Of a stretch of DNA of 64,000 nt, positions 40,236-51,395 are shown one piece after another. Source of the stretch: an uncultured delta proteobacterium (lineage in GTDB: Bacteria; Myxococcota; B64-G9); the NCBI GenBank assembly GCA_963754925.1, contig CAVWHX010000003.1, positions 352,001 through 416,000 of the forward strand. The letters run 5' to 3'. The position numbers were made by a program, and so were the translations under genes. Positions within the stretch are counted from its first letter, which is position 1. Each line of letters begins with the position of its first letter. A model generated the notes under the pieces. It worked only from the letters and a program-made list of their open reading frames with translations. It was not told the DNA's origin and did not search any database.

Positions 40236-42494
40236 CTAAGATTTAAAGCGCTTTTGAAGCAGGAAGGCCATCGCCGCTTTGGCGCACGCATCGCAGTACC
40301 CAAAGCGCGCGGTAAGCGTCTCCTGCATATGGTGGGCGATCTCTCGTTCTTTGACATCGAGTTCCTGTCCATCCATATACTGGAGGAAGTTTTTGTAGTT
40401 ACGTTGAATGACGGTCCGGCGCTTGTCGAAAAAATCCTCCCGCAAGCGATCAAAGAAAGCCGGAAACACGCGGGCGTAGTCCGGCTGGCCCCCGACTACC
40501 AAGCCCTTCTCGCGCGCCTCCAGCGAAAAGGCACCGATGCGGGACACCAGAGTCCTGCGGAAGGTCTCTTCGTTCTCGCTCGCCGGTTTAATGATCGCCT
40601 CGACCTCCTTGAGCAAGTCTTTATCCGGCTGAACATAGGCCCCGGTAATCGAGTCGAGCATGGTTTCGTTGCGTAGCTTGTGGGTAAGGTGTTGAACATA
40701 GCGCTGAAAGAGTTCAAGGTAGCTGCGCTGGGTGACCATACCCATGGCTTCGCCCGCTTCGTCCTCAAGCAAATCGAGGTAGAACGTCTCGATTTCCTGA
40801 AGCAACTTCGGTTGATCGAAATAATCACCATCAGGCTCGCGCTGCAGGAATTCATAGACCGTTTTGTCCTCGGCCATTGAACGGATCTCTTCGAACAAGC
40901 CGAGAGGGGTGACGCAGGTTGAGTCGGCGCGCTGAGAAGTGTTCATCAGCAGCGTGCGCACCTCGCGGGCCGAGGCGCCGCTACGGCCTTCGTAATCGTG
41001 GCCGGCCTGGCGATAGATCTCCGGACATGCGTTTTGCAGCTCCCTGGCGAGGGCAGATGAAAGGCGCGCCGGTGCTTCACCGCGATCATAGAGCGCCGCC
41101 TTTTCAAAGGGGGTCAGGTGTTGCAATACCGTACTGATTTCGCCCGTAAACGCAGAAGGATCCGGCTTACGCAGGCGCGAAAGCACCGCCCACAGCGACG
41201 CCAATTCCAAGGTGTGCGGGGCCAGGTGCCGGTTGAGGGAGCGTTCAAATACCGGGTCGCGGTAAATCTGGATCTCGTCCGAGACGCGCCGAAGGTAGGG
41301 AACGCGCACCAACTCAAGCCGCCCCTTAAAAGATGCAAAATCGGTATAGGTTTTAAACGAGTCAAGCATCATCTCGTTGGTGCTGCCGATGAAAACCGTA
41401 TCAAGAAATAGTGTCGAGCGATCGAGGGTTACCTGGCCGTTCTCACAGGTGACCAAAAGGTATTTGAACGTGTCGATCGGCCGTTTCAGTAAATCATTGT
41501 ATTCCAGCAGACCGCGGTTGGCGTCGACCAGGGCGCCCTGCGGTTGGTACAACGCGAGATGAGCGATCGCCGACGGCAGCGAGCCCAGGCCTCGCGAGGA
41601 GGTCAACTGTTGCTCGTGGGCATCGACATGAAGCTGCGGTTCGACCGTGGCCACCCCAAAACGATAGCGCAGCGATATGGGCATACGCTGCACCTGGACG
41701 TGGCGCAGCACCGCCTGGATGTCACCTCCATACGAGGCTCTGAGCGCATCGTGGATCTGCCGACACTTCGGACAAAGGTCGCCCCGCAATAAGTAGTCCG
41801 GGATGACATGTTCTGCGCTGAGCACGCCCTGCTCGCGCAATCGGCTAAAGAGCGCCGCGCGCTCCTCGATGGGGATGAGCAGCAGCGGGTGGTCCTTCAG
41901 CTCGCACTCAAGCACCGCATCGAGCTGTTCGCCGGGCACATGAGCATAACTATCTATTTCGTGCGATTCCGGGTCTGTTCCCGTATCGCCGAAACCAATT
42001 TGTACATGTGAGATTTTTTCGGACGGGAACAGCCACCGAAAGCGGTACAATGCGCCCGCCGGGGTGGTGGAGTAGTGCTCCATCCCTCGAATGATAGCGT
42101 GGATGAGCGACGTCTTCGCTGAACCGTTCGGCCCGTGCAATAGTATCAGCCTGTTGATCCGTCCCTCGCGGGCGAAGTTATTGAGCAGTTGATAGATCGC
42201 GAGCTGCGCCTCCTCCTGCCCGGCTACCCGGCCCACGCCCCCGCAAAATTCGCTGTCGAAGAGACGAAAGCGACGCAATTCCCCGACGGGCGATTGAATA
42301 GTCTCGACACCGAAATGATCGAAGGTGTCGCGAATATACTGGGCAGACCCGCGGCACTGTTGACCGGCGTTTTCAGCGAAGTAGCGCACATACTCGCCGA
42401 AACTCATCGGTTGGCCTTCGCGATCGTAGATCGATTGGATCTGTTCTGTGATTTGGGAGACAAGATCGTTTTCTGGCATTATGCCCTCGAACAT
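40236..42494 (-). CDS. PrkA/YeaG-family AAA serine kinase-like protein
   Basis: LLHGPNGSAKTS, ANRGLLEYNDLLKRP, RVPYL, GASARE. Confidence 0.8.
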   Translation of the reverse strand: MFEGIMPENDLVSQITEQIQSIYDREGQPMSFGEYVRYFAENAGQQCRGSAQYIRDTFDHFGVETIQSPVGELRRFRLFDSEFCGGVGRVAGQEEAQLAIYQLLNNFAREGRINRLILLHGPNGSAKTSLIHAIIRGMEHYSTTPAGALYRFRWLFPSEKISHVQIGFGDTGTDPESHEIDSYAHVPGEQLDAVLECELKDHPLLLIPIEERAALFSRLREQGVLSAEHVIPDYLLRGDLCPKCRQIHDALRASYGGDIQAVLRHVQVQRMPISLRYRFGVATVEPQLHVDAHEQQLTSSRGLGSLPSAIAHLALYQPQGALVDANRGLLEYNDLLKRPIDTFKYLLVTCENGQVTLDRSTLFLDTVFIGSTNEMMLDSFKTYTDFASFKGRLELVRVPYLRRVSDEIQIYRDPVFERSLNRHLAPHTLELASLWAVLSRLRKPDPSAFTGEISTVLQHLTPFEKAALYDRGEAPARLSSALARELQNACPEIYRQAGHDYEGRSGASAREVRTLLMNTSQRADSTCVTPLGLFEEIRSMAEDKTVYEFLQREPDGDYFDQPKLLQEIETFYLDLLEDEAGEAMGMVTQRSYLELFQRYVQHLTHKLRNETMLDSITGAYVQPDKDLLKEVEAIIKPASENEETFRRTLVSRIGAFSLEAREKGLVVGGQPDYARVFPAFFDRLREDFFDKRRTVIQRNYKNFLQYMDGQELDVKEREIAHHMQETLTARFGYCDACAKAAMAFLLQKRFKS

Positions 42495-42549
42495 TAAGAT
42501 AAGTATCTACTATTTATCAAAAAGACCAATAAAAGCCATTTTTTAGTCG

Positions 42550-42577
42550 GTAGGGGCGGTTCATGAACCGCCCCGAC
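42550..42577 (+). repeat. GTAG-type REP element
   Basis: GTAG followed by the palindrome GGGGCGGTTCATGAACCGCCCC. Confidence 0.7.
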
Positions 42578-42654
42578 GTTCGGCAACAATCTCTAACCCC
42601 TGTCGCTTTGCTCCAGGGATAAGAGACTGTAACTCCCTTCGGTCGTAACAGTCT

Positions 42655-44260
42655 CTAAGGATTATAGATCTCGTAATCCTCGCTGGCCATCTGCCCGTTG
42701 GCGCTAATGCCCCCAACCAGCACCACCATCCCGTTTTGAAGCAAGCTGGCGGTATGTCCGCCGCGCATTGAAACCATGGACAGCTGTTTTCTAGAACAGG
42801 TTTCAAACGGATTCATCAAAACGGCGGTATTGAGCGCCGCAGATAGGGCGCCCGACTGAAATCCGCCGCTTATCAACACCTGATTGCCCTGCAGGACGGT
42901 TGCGGTGTGCTCCCAACGCGGCTCGTCCAGGTCACACGACAGGCTGCTTACCTCAGCTACCGGGTCGACCATCTCACAACTGACTATCGCTGTCTTGGTA
43001 GTAATAGTGCTCAGCCCCCCGCACACAAACACCTTGGGCGCGCCCTGGTCGTCGGTCAATAACACCGCCGTATGCTCGGCGCGCGCCTCTTGCAGGAAGA
43101 AGGAGCTCGCCGTGGGTGCGCCGCCGCCAAACTCAATGCGATCCACCCGGTTGCTTGCCTTGAGACCACTGGGGACTTGACTCGTGTCTACTTCCCAACC
43201 GCCAATCACCACCACCCCATCCGAATATGCCACGGCAGTAGCCCCGCTGCGGGCAACCGACAGGTTCTCAACCTCGGAAAAATCGCCGGTGCTTGTTTTC
43301 AAAAAGCTCTATAGAATCTGTTGGTTGGAAGGCAGTATCGCTTCCACCGGCAAACAGCCAATCCTGGCTTGGGTCTAAAACACAGCTCGCCTGGCGGCTG
43401 CGGGGAACCGTCATCTTCGGACCATCGCTGAACCGGTTGGTGGCATACCCGAAGTATTCGGCTACCGTACTACCGGAGCCGAAATTCACCGTCGGTTCGC
43501 CGCCCACGAGCAGAATATCCGAGGACGGTAGCAACAGACTGGCGCTATGATGGGCTCTCGCTGCAAGCATACACAGTTCTTCGTTATCTGGATCACAGGC
43601 GGGGGCATTCGGCAACAACTGAAAGGCGCCGCTGGTGGGATCAAAAAGCTCGGCCGTCTGCAAGGCCCCATTGACTCCTACTTGCGCGAGATAGTCGTTG
43701 GGGTCCGGGGCACCGATACCGCCGGCAACCAACACCCGACCATTGACGAGCACGGTGGCGGTGTGAAATGCCCGCCGCGAACGCATCAGGGTGCGATAGC
43801 GCTGGGCCCAATCGCTCTCGGTCACCGCCGGCGGGGCCGAAAACTCGCCCACCCGGCTGATAAACAGATATATCAGGTTGGCGCCTTCTTTGAGCTCAAA
43901 CGGAGCCGATATCCCGCGTGATCGCACATACCCGCTGACGTCAAGTCCCTCTACGGTCAGCACCCGGTTGCTTCCCACCGGCACATCTTCAACCGTCCCG
44001 CTACCGCCCACCGTTAAATCAAATTCATCACGATGCAGGGCGAGCCCATCGCCTTCAACCGAGACCCGCAGTTTTTTGATTAGATTGGGATCGAGGGGAT
44101 TGTCCGTCTCGGTCGAGGTGTGGACCAGTTGCACGCTCACGCTGCCGACATTCATTTGACAGGCTGCGTTACCGATAAGAAAAAGAACGCAGGCGGGAGC
44201 CCACCATCCTCCCCTCTCTTGTCTTTGAGTTTTAATACCGTACACGCACATCCATGACAT
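42655..44260 (-). CDS. Kelch-repeat lipoprotein with a +1 frameshift at 43296-43299 (start uncertain)
   Basis: Repeated R..HTA.L..G.VL..GG kelch motifs in both ORF halves; removing one A gives IELFETSTGDF. Confidence 0.8.
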
Positions 44261-45239
44261 CCTTACGAAATACCGTCAGCGGTAGAGCGATAGCGGCAGC
44301 AATTACCCCGGCTGCCACCGGCCAGATCCACCAGTGCCGCACGTACCAGGGAGACTTCGGAGCGGCGTTGCCGGGCTCATGAGCAGCCAGTGGGCCGAAA
44401 TCGGCGGGCTTCCCGTTTGAAAGAGCAACGGGTGACACTCCGGCGACCTGCGCTACCGCAAGACGAACTCGCTCGCCCAGATCGCGGCCGGTCTTGGCGG
44501 GATCCTGCTCATCCAGCACCATCGTTTCCATCGCGGTAAAGGATCTTTTACTGACACCAAACAGCCTCACGCTGAGCATTGGCTTATCGCCGAGCCGCTC
44601 CATCGCGATCACCAACAAACCGTCAAGGCCCGCTGCCGCGCATAGGCGACTGAGCCGCTCAGGCGCCGGAAAAACCACTCTATTGACGGTGTGCTCCGCG
44701 CGAACTCGTTCGAAAACCTTGCGCACCGTGGGGCTATAGTAACCCTCGTCCAAGGTCAGGTTTGGTACCAATACCAGCGCCCGTTGAAATGTCCTGCGGG
44801 CCTCATCGTTGTTGCCGGCCTGTTGCAATGCCACGCCAAGCTGCAAGTTCGGTTCCGCCAAAAGAGCCGGATTATAGAACTCGACAAACCCTTCAGCCAG
44901 CTTTGCAGTGCCCTTGCGATAGAGATCGATCGCCAAATCAAGTTTGAGTTCCAAGTGCGCATCTCGAGCGCTCTGTAAAAGCTTTCCCGCGTCTTCAAGC
45001 ACTCCGGAGCGCCGATCAATCTCTCGAAGCAACGACTTGAGCTTATCCGGTCCGACCATGGCAACCGGCAGGCTCGACAACGATTCGTCGAAAACCTCTA
45101 TAGCCGTTTTAGCCTCTGTTATTTCAATCGGAGGGATAAGACTCCATCCAATGGCAGGCTTCGTATCGGAAGCTGACCCTGTTGCAACAACCGGAAGCGT
45201 AACCAAGAAGGCCCAAAACACGAATGGTGCGCGCCGCAT
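44232..45239 (-). CDS. Secreted TPR-like protein with C-terminal TM (myxobacterial type)
   Basis: Signal peptide; LQLGVALQQAGNNDEARRTFQRALVLVP TPR; YSP..R..FE; PWYVRHWWIW before the TM. Confidence 0.65.
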   Translation of the reverse strand: MRRAPFVFWAFLVTLPVVATGSASDTKPAIGWSLIPPIEITEAKTAIEVFDESLSSLPVAMVGPDKLKSLLREIDRRSGVLEDAGKLLQSARDAHLELKLDLAIDLYRKGTAKLAEGFVEFYNPALLAEPNLQLGVALQQAGNNDEARRTFQRALVLVPNLTLDEGYYSPTVRKVFERVRAEHTVNRVVFPAPERLSRLCAAAGLDGLLVIAMERLGDKPMLSVRLFGVSKRSFTAMETMVLDEQDPAKTGRDLGERVRLAVAQVAGVSPVALSNGKPADFGPLAAHEPGNAAPKSPWYVRHWWIWPVAAGVIAAAIALPLTVFRKDVMDVRVRY

Positions 45240-45347
45240 CTCATAAATAATATTATACTTTTTGTGGTTAATAGTCAAAACAATCGAGAGAGATCCAGCA
45301 CATTTCAATTTCTAAGAGATGACACGTTCAATCGGTCGACCGCGGTT

Positions 45348-47742
45348 TTAGTGGTCGTACTGCAACCCTACGAAACAAAGTATATGGTTTGGATCGCCCC
45401 AGATGTATTGAGCTTGGTTGATGTTGAATAGGTTGCGCACGCTGACATAGGCCGCCAAGCCGTTCCAGATATTGTAGCTTACCTTGGCGTTGAGTAGGAA
45501 GCTTTGCTGAATCTCGGCCTGGCCCGATGTAATCGGGTTGCTTATATTCCCTGTCGTTATGTTGTAATGAATCTGCGTACGGCTGGAAAAAAAGTAGCTG
45601 TTGACGTTGATGTTCCATTTTTCCGCCGGTTGGTAATTCAGATAAAAGCCGCCGTACACATCGGGCGTGCCCACGTGAGGTTGAGATTTTAATTTGGTTA
45701 CTCGAATCCAAAGGATTATAGGACAGATTGTAACTAAAAAAGGCTTCCATGAGGTTAGGAGTCTGGTGCTCAAGCTGTGTTTGTTGTACGGTGGCGAATA
45801 CTCGACCTTGAAATCTTTGGGAAGTGTAGCTCAATGAGACTGTGGAGCCCAATTGCCATGCCTCGAGATCCAAATTGTCATATTGGAAGATTATACCACG
45901 GCTTGGGTCCGAGTCAGTGAAATGATAGAATAAATTCGAGAAGTTACGCGCTTTGGTGCCGAACACCTCGATGGATACTTCGATCTTCTGGCTGAAGCGA
46001 GTTCGGTAGCCGATCTCAACAGTATCCATGGTGACCAGATCCAAGGCATTGTTCCCATGAAAGGATGCGCACATTCCCAAGACGCAAAGCGGCGGGCCGC
46101 CGTAAAAAGATTCCAACATCGTCGGGCTCTTGCTGGCGCGCGCATAACTGACACGAAGAATATGATCGTCGGCCGGCGTGTACGTTATGGCAAATTGAAA
46201 TGAAGGCCAAACCATCTGGCCGTGTTTGGTCACGGGGTTGGTGTTGTCGATTGGTTCCATCTCATAATAGCTGTCTTCCGTGCGATCAAAGTACGTATCC
46301 AGCCGAACCGCTTCAACGAAGCGGAGCCGTTTCCAGAATGTCTGCTCCAGCCCTACGGAGACGGAAGCGCTTTGAATCGCCTTGGTTTCTCCCAGGTTTT
46401 GGGTATCACTCCAGGTCGAGAACGGAACGCCCGAGTACTCGGCTCGGCGGAAGCTCACCCCGGGCCGCACGCGCAGCCACTCCCATACAAAATCATAATC
46501 AAGATTGAGGTCGAGAGTGTTGAAGTTGTATTCGTAGCGTTCTCGGGTGGTTCCATCCGGCAAGAGAGTTTTGTTGCCCGGGACCATCTGATGACCGGAA
46601 TTAAAGGAAGCTTGGAACGTAAAATTGTAAAAGTGCGAGCGGAGATCGAGATACCAGCTCTGGCTATCGTGCTCGGCTAAGGGGGAGTATATACCATCAA
46701 TGTACTCGCGCAGGGTTCGGCTTTCCTGGTACCCGCCGTTGAGATTGAAGGAAAGTTTTTCATTCGGCTCATAAGCAACGAATCCGGTGGAAGCCACCGT
46801 GCGATAGGCCCGCCCGAGATCGGGGTACCCCGCCTTGGCATTGTCGGGACTGAGAGGACCCATTGAACTGTTAAGTTGTGTTGAACTAGCTACCTGCGTT
46901 CCCGAATAATAGGAAAACAGCTTGTCATCGAACCGATCATAGGAATGGTAGTTGGCCGAAGCCCCGCCGGATATTGACTTATATTTGTATCCGAATCTGC
47001 CGCTGGCGGAGTATTGTCCCAGGGTGTAGTCGCTCTTCCATTTAGGGTCCTGGGAGGATAGAGCCCCTTCCGCCTGGACATTGGCATGCGGCCCGTCGGT
47101 GGTGTATTTGCGGGTGATGATGTTAATCACGCCGGTGACCGCATTGGGGCCATAAAGGGCCGCGACCGGACCGCGGACGAGCTCGATGCGCTCCACATCG
47201 ACAATGTCTACCGGCAAGGCTTCCCAGAAGGTTCCACCCTGAAGATAGTTGTAGACCACCCGGTAGTCGATCATGACCAACACGGTGGAGGAAGCAAAAT
47301 CTTGCAACATGCTGCCGGGTTGTATGTTGTCGAAGCCGCGTATGTGTATGTCGAAATTACCCGGGGTCTGCTCGTATACCAACACGCCGGGCAGCAGGCG
47401 CAGGGCTTCGGGTATGGTGCGCGCGCCAGATTTTTGGATTATGTCCCGGGTGATGACGTCAGCGGAAAAGGGCGAGTCGAACACCGTTTCCTCTCGTTTG
47501 GAGGCGGACTCTATGATGGGCTCCTGCAGAAGCTCAAACTCGTTCTCGAGCAACTGGTCCTTCACCGGAGCCGGCGCAACCGCTGACTCCGGCGCAACCG
47601 CCGTATCAGGTTCGGTCACGGTCTCCGTTGGAGTTGGAGCCGCTTGTCCGGCCGGTCCTTCCTGACCTGTTACAGAAAGCGGCATCAAGCACAACAGAAC
47701 GATTACCAACGGTTGTATCGGTGAATGCTTTAATAATTTCAT
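45348..47742 (-). CDS. TonB-dependent receptor with a +1 frameshift at 45687-45690
   Basis: Plug motifs IPEALRLLPGV, IRGF, IERIELVRGP.AALYG.NAVTGVINIIT; removing one A restores the barrel end ...VRNLFN...FVGLQYDH. Confidence 0.85.
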
Positions 47743-47857
47743 CCCGCCCCCCTAACCAAAAGGGATTAAGCCCCACAAAGATTATGTCTCATACACCAAT
47801 GGTTAGCAAAAATTTGACCCGTAATACTGAAGAGGAAAAACGTGGCCTATAGGAGTA

Positions 47858-48736
47858 TCAGTGCAGTCTTCGCGTGCAGTGCGTTTCCAACCAATCGGTG
47901 AGATCTTCAAAGACGCGTTCGCGCCCAACCTCGTTGAACACATCATGGTAATATCTATCATAAATCTTCAGTTGCTTGTTCCTCGTGTTCGCCGATTCAA
48001 AAAAGGCCCTAGTTGCATACAGCGATGATAGTCGATCGTCGCCCGCCTGAAGCACCAGTAACGGTCCCGGCACCCATCCGGCCTCGGTCAGAGCAACCTG
48101 TTGCGCAGTAAGAATTCCGGCATACCACCCAATCGTCGCCACGGTGCCAACCAACGGGTCCGAAACATAGCGTTCAACGACGCTTCGATCGTGGCTCAGG
48201 TAGTTGTGGTCAAACGAATTGTTAATAGACACCGTCAAGGACGGCAGCATCCGCGAGAACAGGCTGACCGCAACTATCTTGATGGGCGTGAACTTGACCG
48301 CCATTCCAAAAAAAGGCGAGCTCAGTACCAATCCCCCGAGGTGCTCCCCCTCGATCTCGGCCAATCGGGCGCAGATCAATCCGCCCTGGCCATGGCCAAG
48401 AAGTATGGGCTTTCCGCGATAGCCCTGACGTCGGATCTCGCCCAGAAACAAACGGATATCGCTGAGGTAGTCACTGAAATGATCTATATGCGCCCGTTTT
48501 CCTCCGGCTTGTCCGTGACCGCGGTAGTCAACCGCAGCGACCGACCAACCACCGTCGTTGAGAGCCTGAGCGAGCTCCTGATAGCGGCCACTGTGCTCCG
48601 CGAGTCCGTGCACTACGGCCACTAACCCCCGCGGTTTCGGCACCGACCACTGACGATAAAAAAGTCTTAATCCATCTTGTGAATTAAAAAAGTGCTCTTT
48701 ATATCTAACACTCACCAAGCGGCTCCGCCAGGCCAA
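47858..48736 (-). CDS. Lysophospholipase/monoglyceride lipase-like alpha/beta hydrolase (nucleophile position reads Gly)
   Basis: HGLAEHSGRY, DYRGHG, GHGQGG, Y.DPLV, HDVFNE. Confidence 0.8.
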   Translation of the reverse strand: MAWRSRLVSVRYKEHFFNSQDGLRLFYRQWSVPKPRGLVAVVHGLAEHSGRYQELAQALNDGGWSVAAVDYRGHGQAGGKRAHIDHFSDYLSDIRLFLGEIRRQGYRGKPILLGHGQGGLICARLAEIEGEHLGGLVLSSPFFGMAVKFTPIKIVAVSLFSRMLPSLTVSINNSFDHNYLSHDRSVVERYVSDPLVGTVATIGWYAGILTAQQVALTEAGWVPGPLLVLQAGDDRLSSLYATRAFFESANTRNKQLKIYDRYYHDVFNEVGRERVFEDLTDWLETHCTRRLH

Positions 48737-48812
48737 ACCACGACCTCTTCATGATATCATAACGCGGCTCGATTAGAAAAAATTCAACCGATCCGCAGTA
48801 CCATGAAAAAGG

Positions 48813-49166
48813 TCATTGAACCAGCATCGTTGTAGGTAAAAAGTTTTCCTCGGGAAGGGGCACAAAACCTGAAAAGTGCACTCCCATCCCCAACAAAAGT
48901 TTGCGGGGAGAACCACCGGCAGACCGATTCATAAAACAAATATGAACAACCTCACCTAATGCCGTCATCTCCATTTCGTTGCCCGGAAAAGAGAAGGTAA
49001 TTCTCAGTTGACTTCCCAATGGGTAGGGGTCCAAGGTCTCAATAAACATGCCGCCCTCGGAAATATTTCTTGCAATTCCAAAGGCATTTCCCCAAGCACC
49101 GCTGATGTATACCGAGAAAACTTTATTGAATCTGCTGTTAACTCGTCGTTCGTAATCTGTTGTCAT
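48813..49166 (-). CDS. PilZ-domain protein
   Basis: ERRVNSR (RxxxR), NISEGGMFI (NxSxxG), GMGVHF. Confidence 0.88.
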   Translation of the reverse strand: MTTDYERRVNSRFNKVFSVYISGAWGNAFGIARNISEGGMFIETLDPYPLGSQLRITFSFPGNEMEMTALGEVVHICFMNRSAGGSPRKLLLGMGVHFSGFVPLPEENFLPTTMLVQ

Positions 49167-49368
49167 ATATCTTCTCCATAACGAATCACTTTATGTCATA
49201 CTTGATACTACATGTAGTATAAGGTGGTCAAGTAATTTGTGGGCACCGGTCTAGGGCTGCTGCCAACCGACGAATACCCAGAGCCTACATGAAAATGACC
49301 CACTACCGCTCGCTGAGAACGGGCAACTTTTAGGAGATCTCGATGTATTCTGGTATATTAATTTTAAC

Positions 49369-50985
49369 ATGAGCTCTGACACGCAACATGATCTGGTTGT
49401 ACTGAGCGACCTACATATTGGCGAGGGCCTCATCCACGATCCTCCTCAATATTCCCCTATGGAGGACTTTTTTCACGATCAGGCCTTTGCTAACCTCCTT
49501 GAGAACCTTCATAATCGCTACCGCAACGATCCTTCCCAGTTGGTGCTGGTATTCAATGGCGATGTATTCGACTTCTTGACGGTGACACGGGTTCCCAAAC
49601 CGGGCGATAGTATGGAGGTGGGATATCGCGTATCCCGTGCTGAACGAAAATTCGGTCTCAACCCAACGCCGGCCAAGTCGGTTTATAAATTAGATGCGAT
49701 TTTAAATGGTCACCAGCTATTCTTCACCGCCCTGGCGCGCTTTCTTGCCGCCGGGTTTCGACTCGAGATCCTGCGCGGCAACCATGACCTTGAACTTTTT
49801 TTCCCCGAAGTTCAGGAGCACCTGCAAAACCATCTGTGCAACCTCTCCGGAGGTCCGACCGCCGCCCAGGCACGTGAACAGATTAGGTTCCACCAGTGGT
49901 TTTACCTTGAACCAGGTCGGCTGTATATCGAGCATGGAAACCAGTACGAGGCTTCCAACAGCATTCGTTATCCACTCAGTCCCATCCTCCCCCACAAGCG
50001 TGACGTGATCCTCGACTACCCTCTGGGTTCGCTGTTTGTGCGCTACTTTTACAACCGTGTTCACCACCTCGATCCCTATACTCCCAAGATGATCTCCTTT
50101 GAGCAATACGTGGAGTTTATACGCCGCTACAATTTAATCGATCTCCTGCGCATCTTTGAGGATCACTACTCCTTCTTCGTCAGCGCCCTTCAATCAGACA
50201 CCACCGGCGGTCGCTCGCGCTCGTCTTTTGCTGAAGATGCCAAACAGGAGAGCGCGTTTTTACAGGCTGATGCCGCCGTGAACGTCTCCGGCCTTCATCA
50301 CAATCTCAACAAGTTGAAGAATAACCCCATGTCTGCTTCAAAGCTGGCATTATTCAGGGAGATGTTCTTTCCCGTGATCAAACGGTTGCTGCGTTTTTCG
50401 GCGATTGCTTTTGGGTCATTGTATTTGTGGCTGCTGACCTTCAACGTAATCCAGGCCACCCCATGGCTGGTGGAGAATGTTTTCCTCAAAGCCGTCCTGC
50501 TGACGCTCTTTGCTATTTTTTCTTTGCTGCTTCTTATTTGGGGGGGCAACTATTCAGGCCAGAAACTGCGCTATCGACCGGGCGAGACCTTGACAATGGG
50601 CGCCGTGCGAGCCGATCCCATCGCGCGCCTCACCGGTGTCAAACTGGTCCTCATGGGTCATACCCATGTCGTCGACATCCGCAAGGTGGCCGATGGCAAG
50701 GCCACCTATGCCAATAGTGGCACCTGGACATCCGTCGCGAATCCCTGGAGCCGAATCTTTCCCGATGCGCGACGATTGACCTTCCTGTACGTGCGCGGCA
50801 ATCGCGTAGAGATTTGCCGCTGGAATGACGACGCACTGCGAATCGATCTGGTACCGATATTTGATAGCAGCGAAAGCATGCTCCCCGGCCGGGATCGGTT
50901 GCGTTCGAAAACCTCGCGACCTAAGCATCCCGCCCGCAGGCGTCGGCGTTCCCTGAAACGTCCGGAGTCGAATCCGCGCCAATAG
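49369..50985 (+). CDS. Calcineurin-like metallophosphoesterase with an inserted TM hairpin
   Basis: SDLHIG, NGDVFD, GNHD, EHGN, GHTH, NSGTW. Confidence 0.82.
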   Translation: MSSDTQHDLVVLSDLHIGEGLIHDPPQYSPMEDFFHDQAFANLLENLHNRYRNDPSQLVLVFNGDVFDFLTVTRVPKPGDSMEVGYRVSRAERKFGLNPTPAKSVYKLDAILNGHQLFFTALARFLAAGFRLEILRGNHDLELFFPEVQEHLQNHLCNLSGGPTAAQAREQIRFHQWFYLEPGRLYIEHGNQYEASNSIRYPLSPILPHKRDVILDYPLGSLFVRYFYNRVHHLDPYTPKMISFEQYVEFIRRYNLIDLLRIFEDHYSFFVSALQSDTTGGRSRSSFAEDAKQESAFLQADAAVNVSGLHHNLNKLKNNPMSASKLALFREMFFPVIKRLLRFSAIAFGSLYLWLLTFNVIQATPWLVENVFLKAVLLTLFAIFSLLLLIWGGNYSGQKLRYRPGETLTMGAVRADPIARLTGVKLVLMGHTHVVDIRKVADGKATYANSGTWTSVANPWSRIFPDARRLTFLYVRGNRVEICRWNDDALRIDLVPIFDSSESMLPGRDRLRSKTSRPKHPARRRRRSLKRPESNPRQ

Positions 50986-50989
50986 GTAA

Positions 50990-51217
50990 TTATTTTCTGT
51001 CCGTATCCTGGGTTTCCGCGCTCTCTTTTGAGGTTCGTTCCCGATACCGAAGGACGATGCGCACCACCATGCCGGTGACGGTTCCTATCAGTAATCCCAC
51101 CATTGCAAGATACATCGCCTGTGGCCCAGAACTGCCGCCGCCAACGACGTACCCGATCGCCGCTCCGATGACTCCGAGGAGGGATAACCACGGAATATAG
51201 TTGTAGTTGAGTGCCAT
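50990..51217 (-). CDS. Small two-TM membrane protein
   Basis: Two hydrophobic Gly-rich helices; AAGGAG RBS. Confidence 0.65.
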   Translation of the reverse strand: MALNYNYIPWLSLLGVIGAAIGYVVGGGSSGPQAMYLAMVGLLIGTVTGMVVRIVLRYRERTSKESAETQDTDRK

Positions 51218-51395
51218 TGCTCCTTCCCTAGCATACGTGATTGGTCACCGTAAGATTTTATAATGCTTGACTTTTCAACTATCAAGGGTTTTAGTCAACT
51301 CAAAATAAATCCGACCAGCTTCTTCAAGCCGAACCACCCGGTGAGATGTCGCAATCAGAAGTAACCAGCCATTATGGCCTCGAGGAGGGTAGAAC

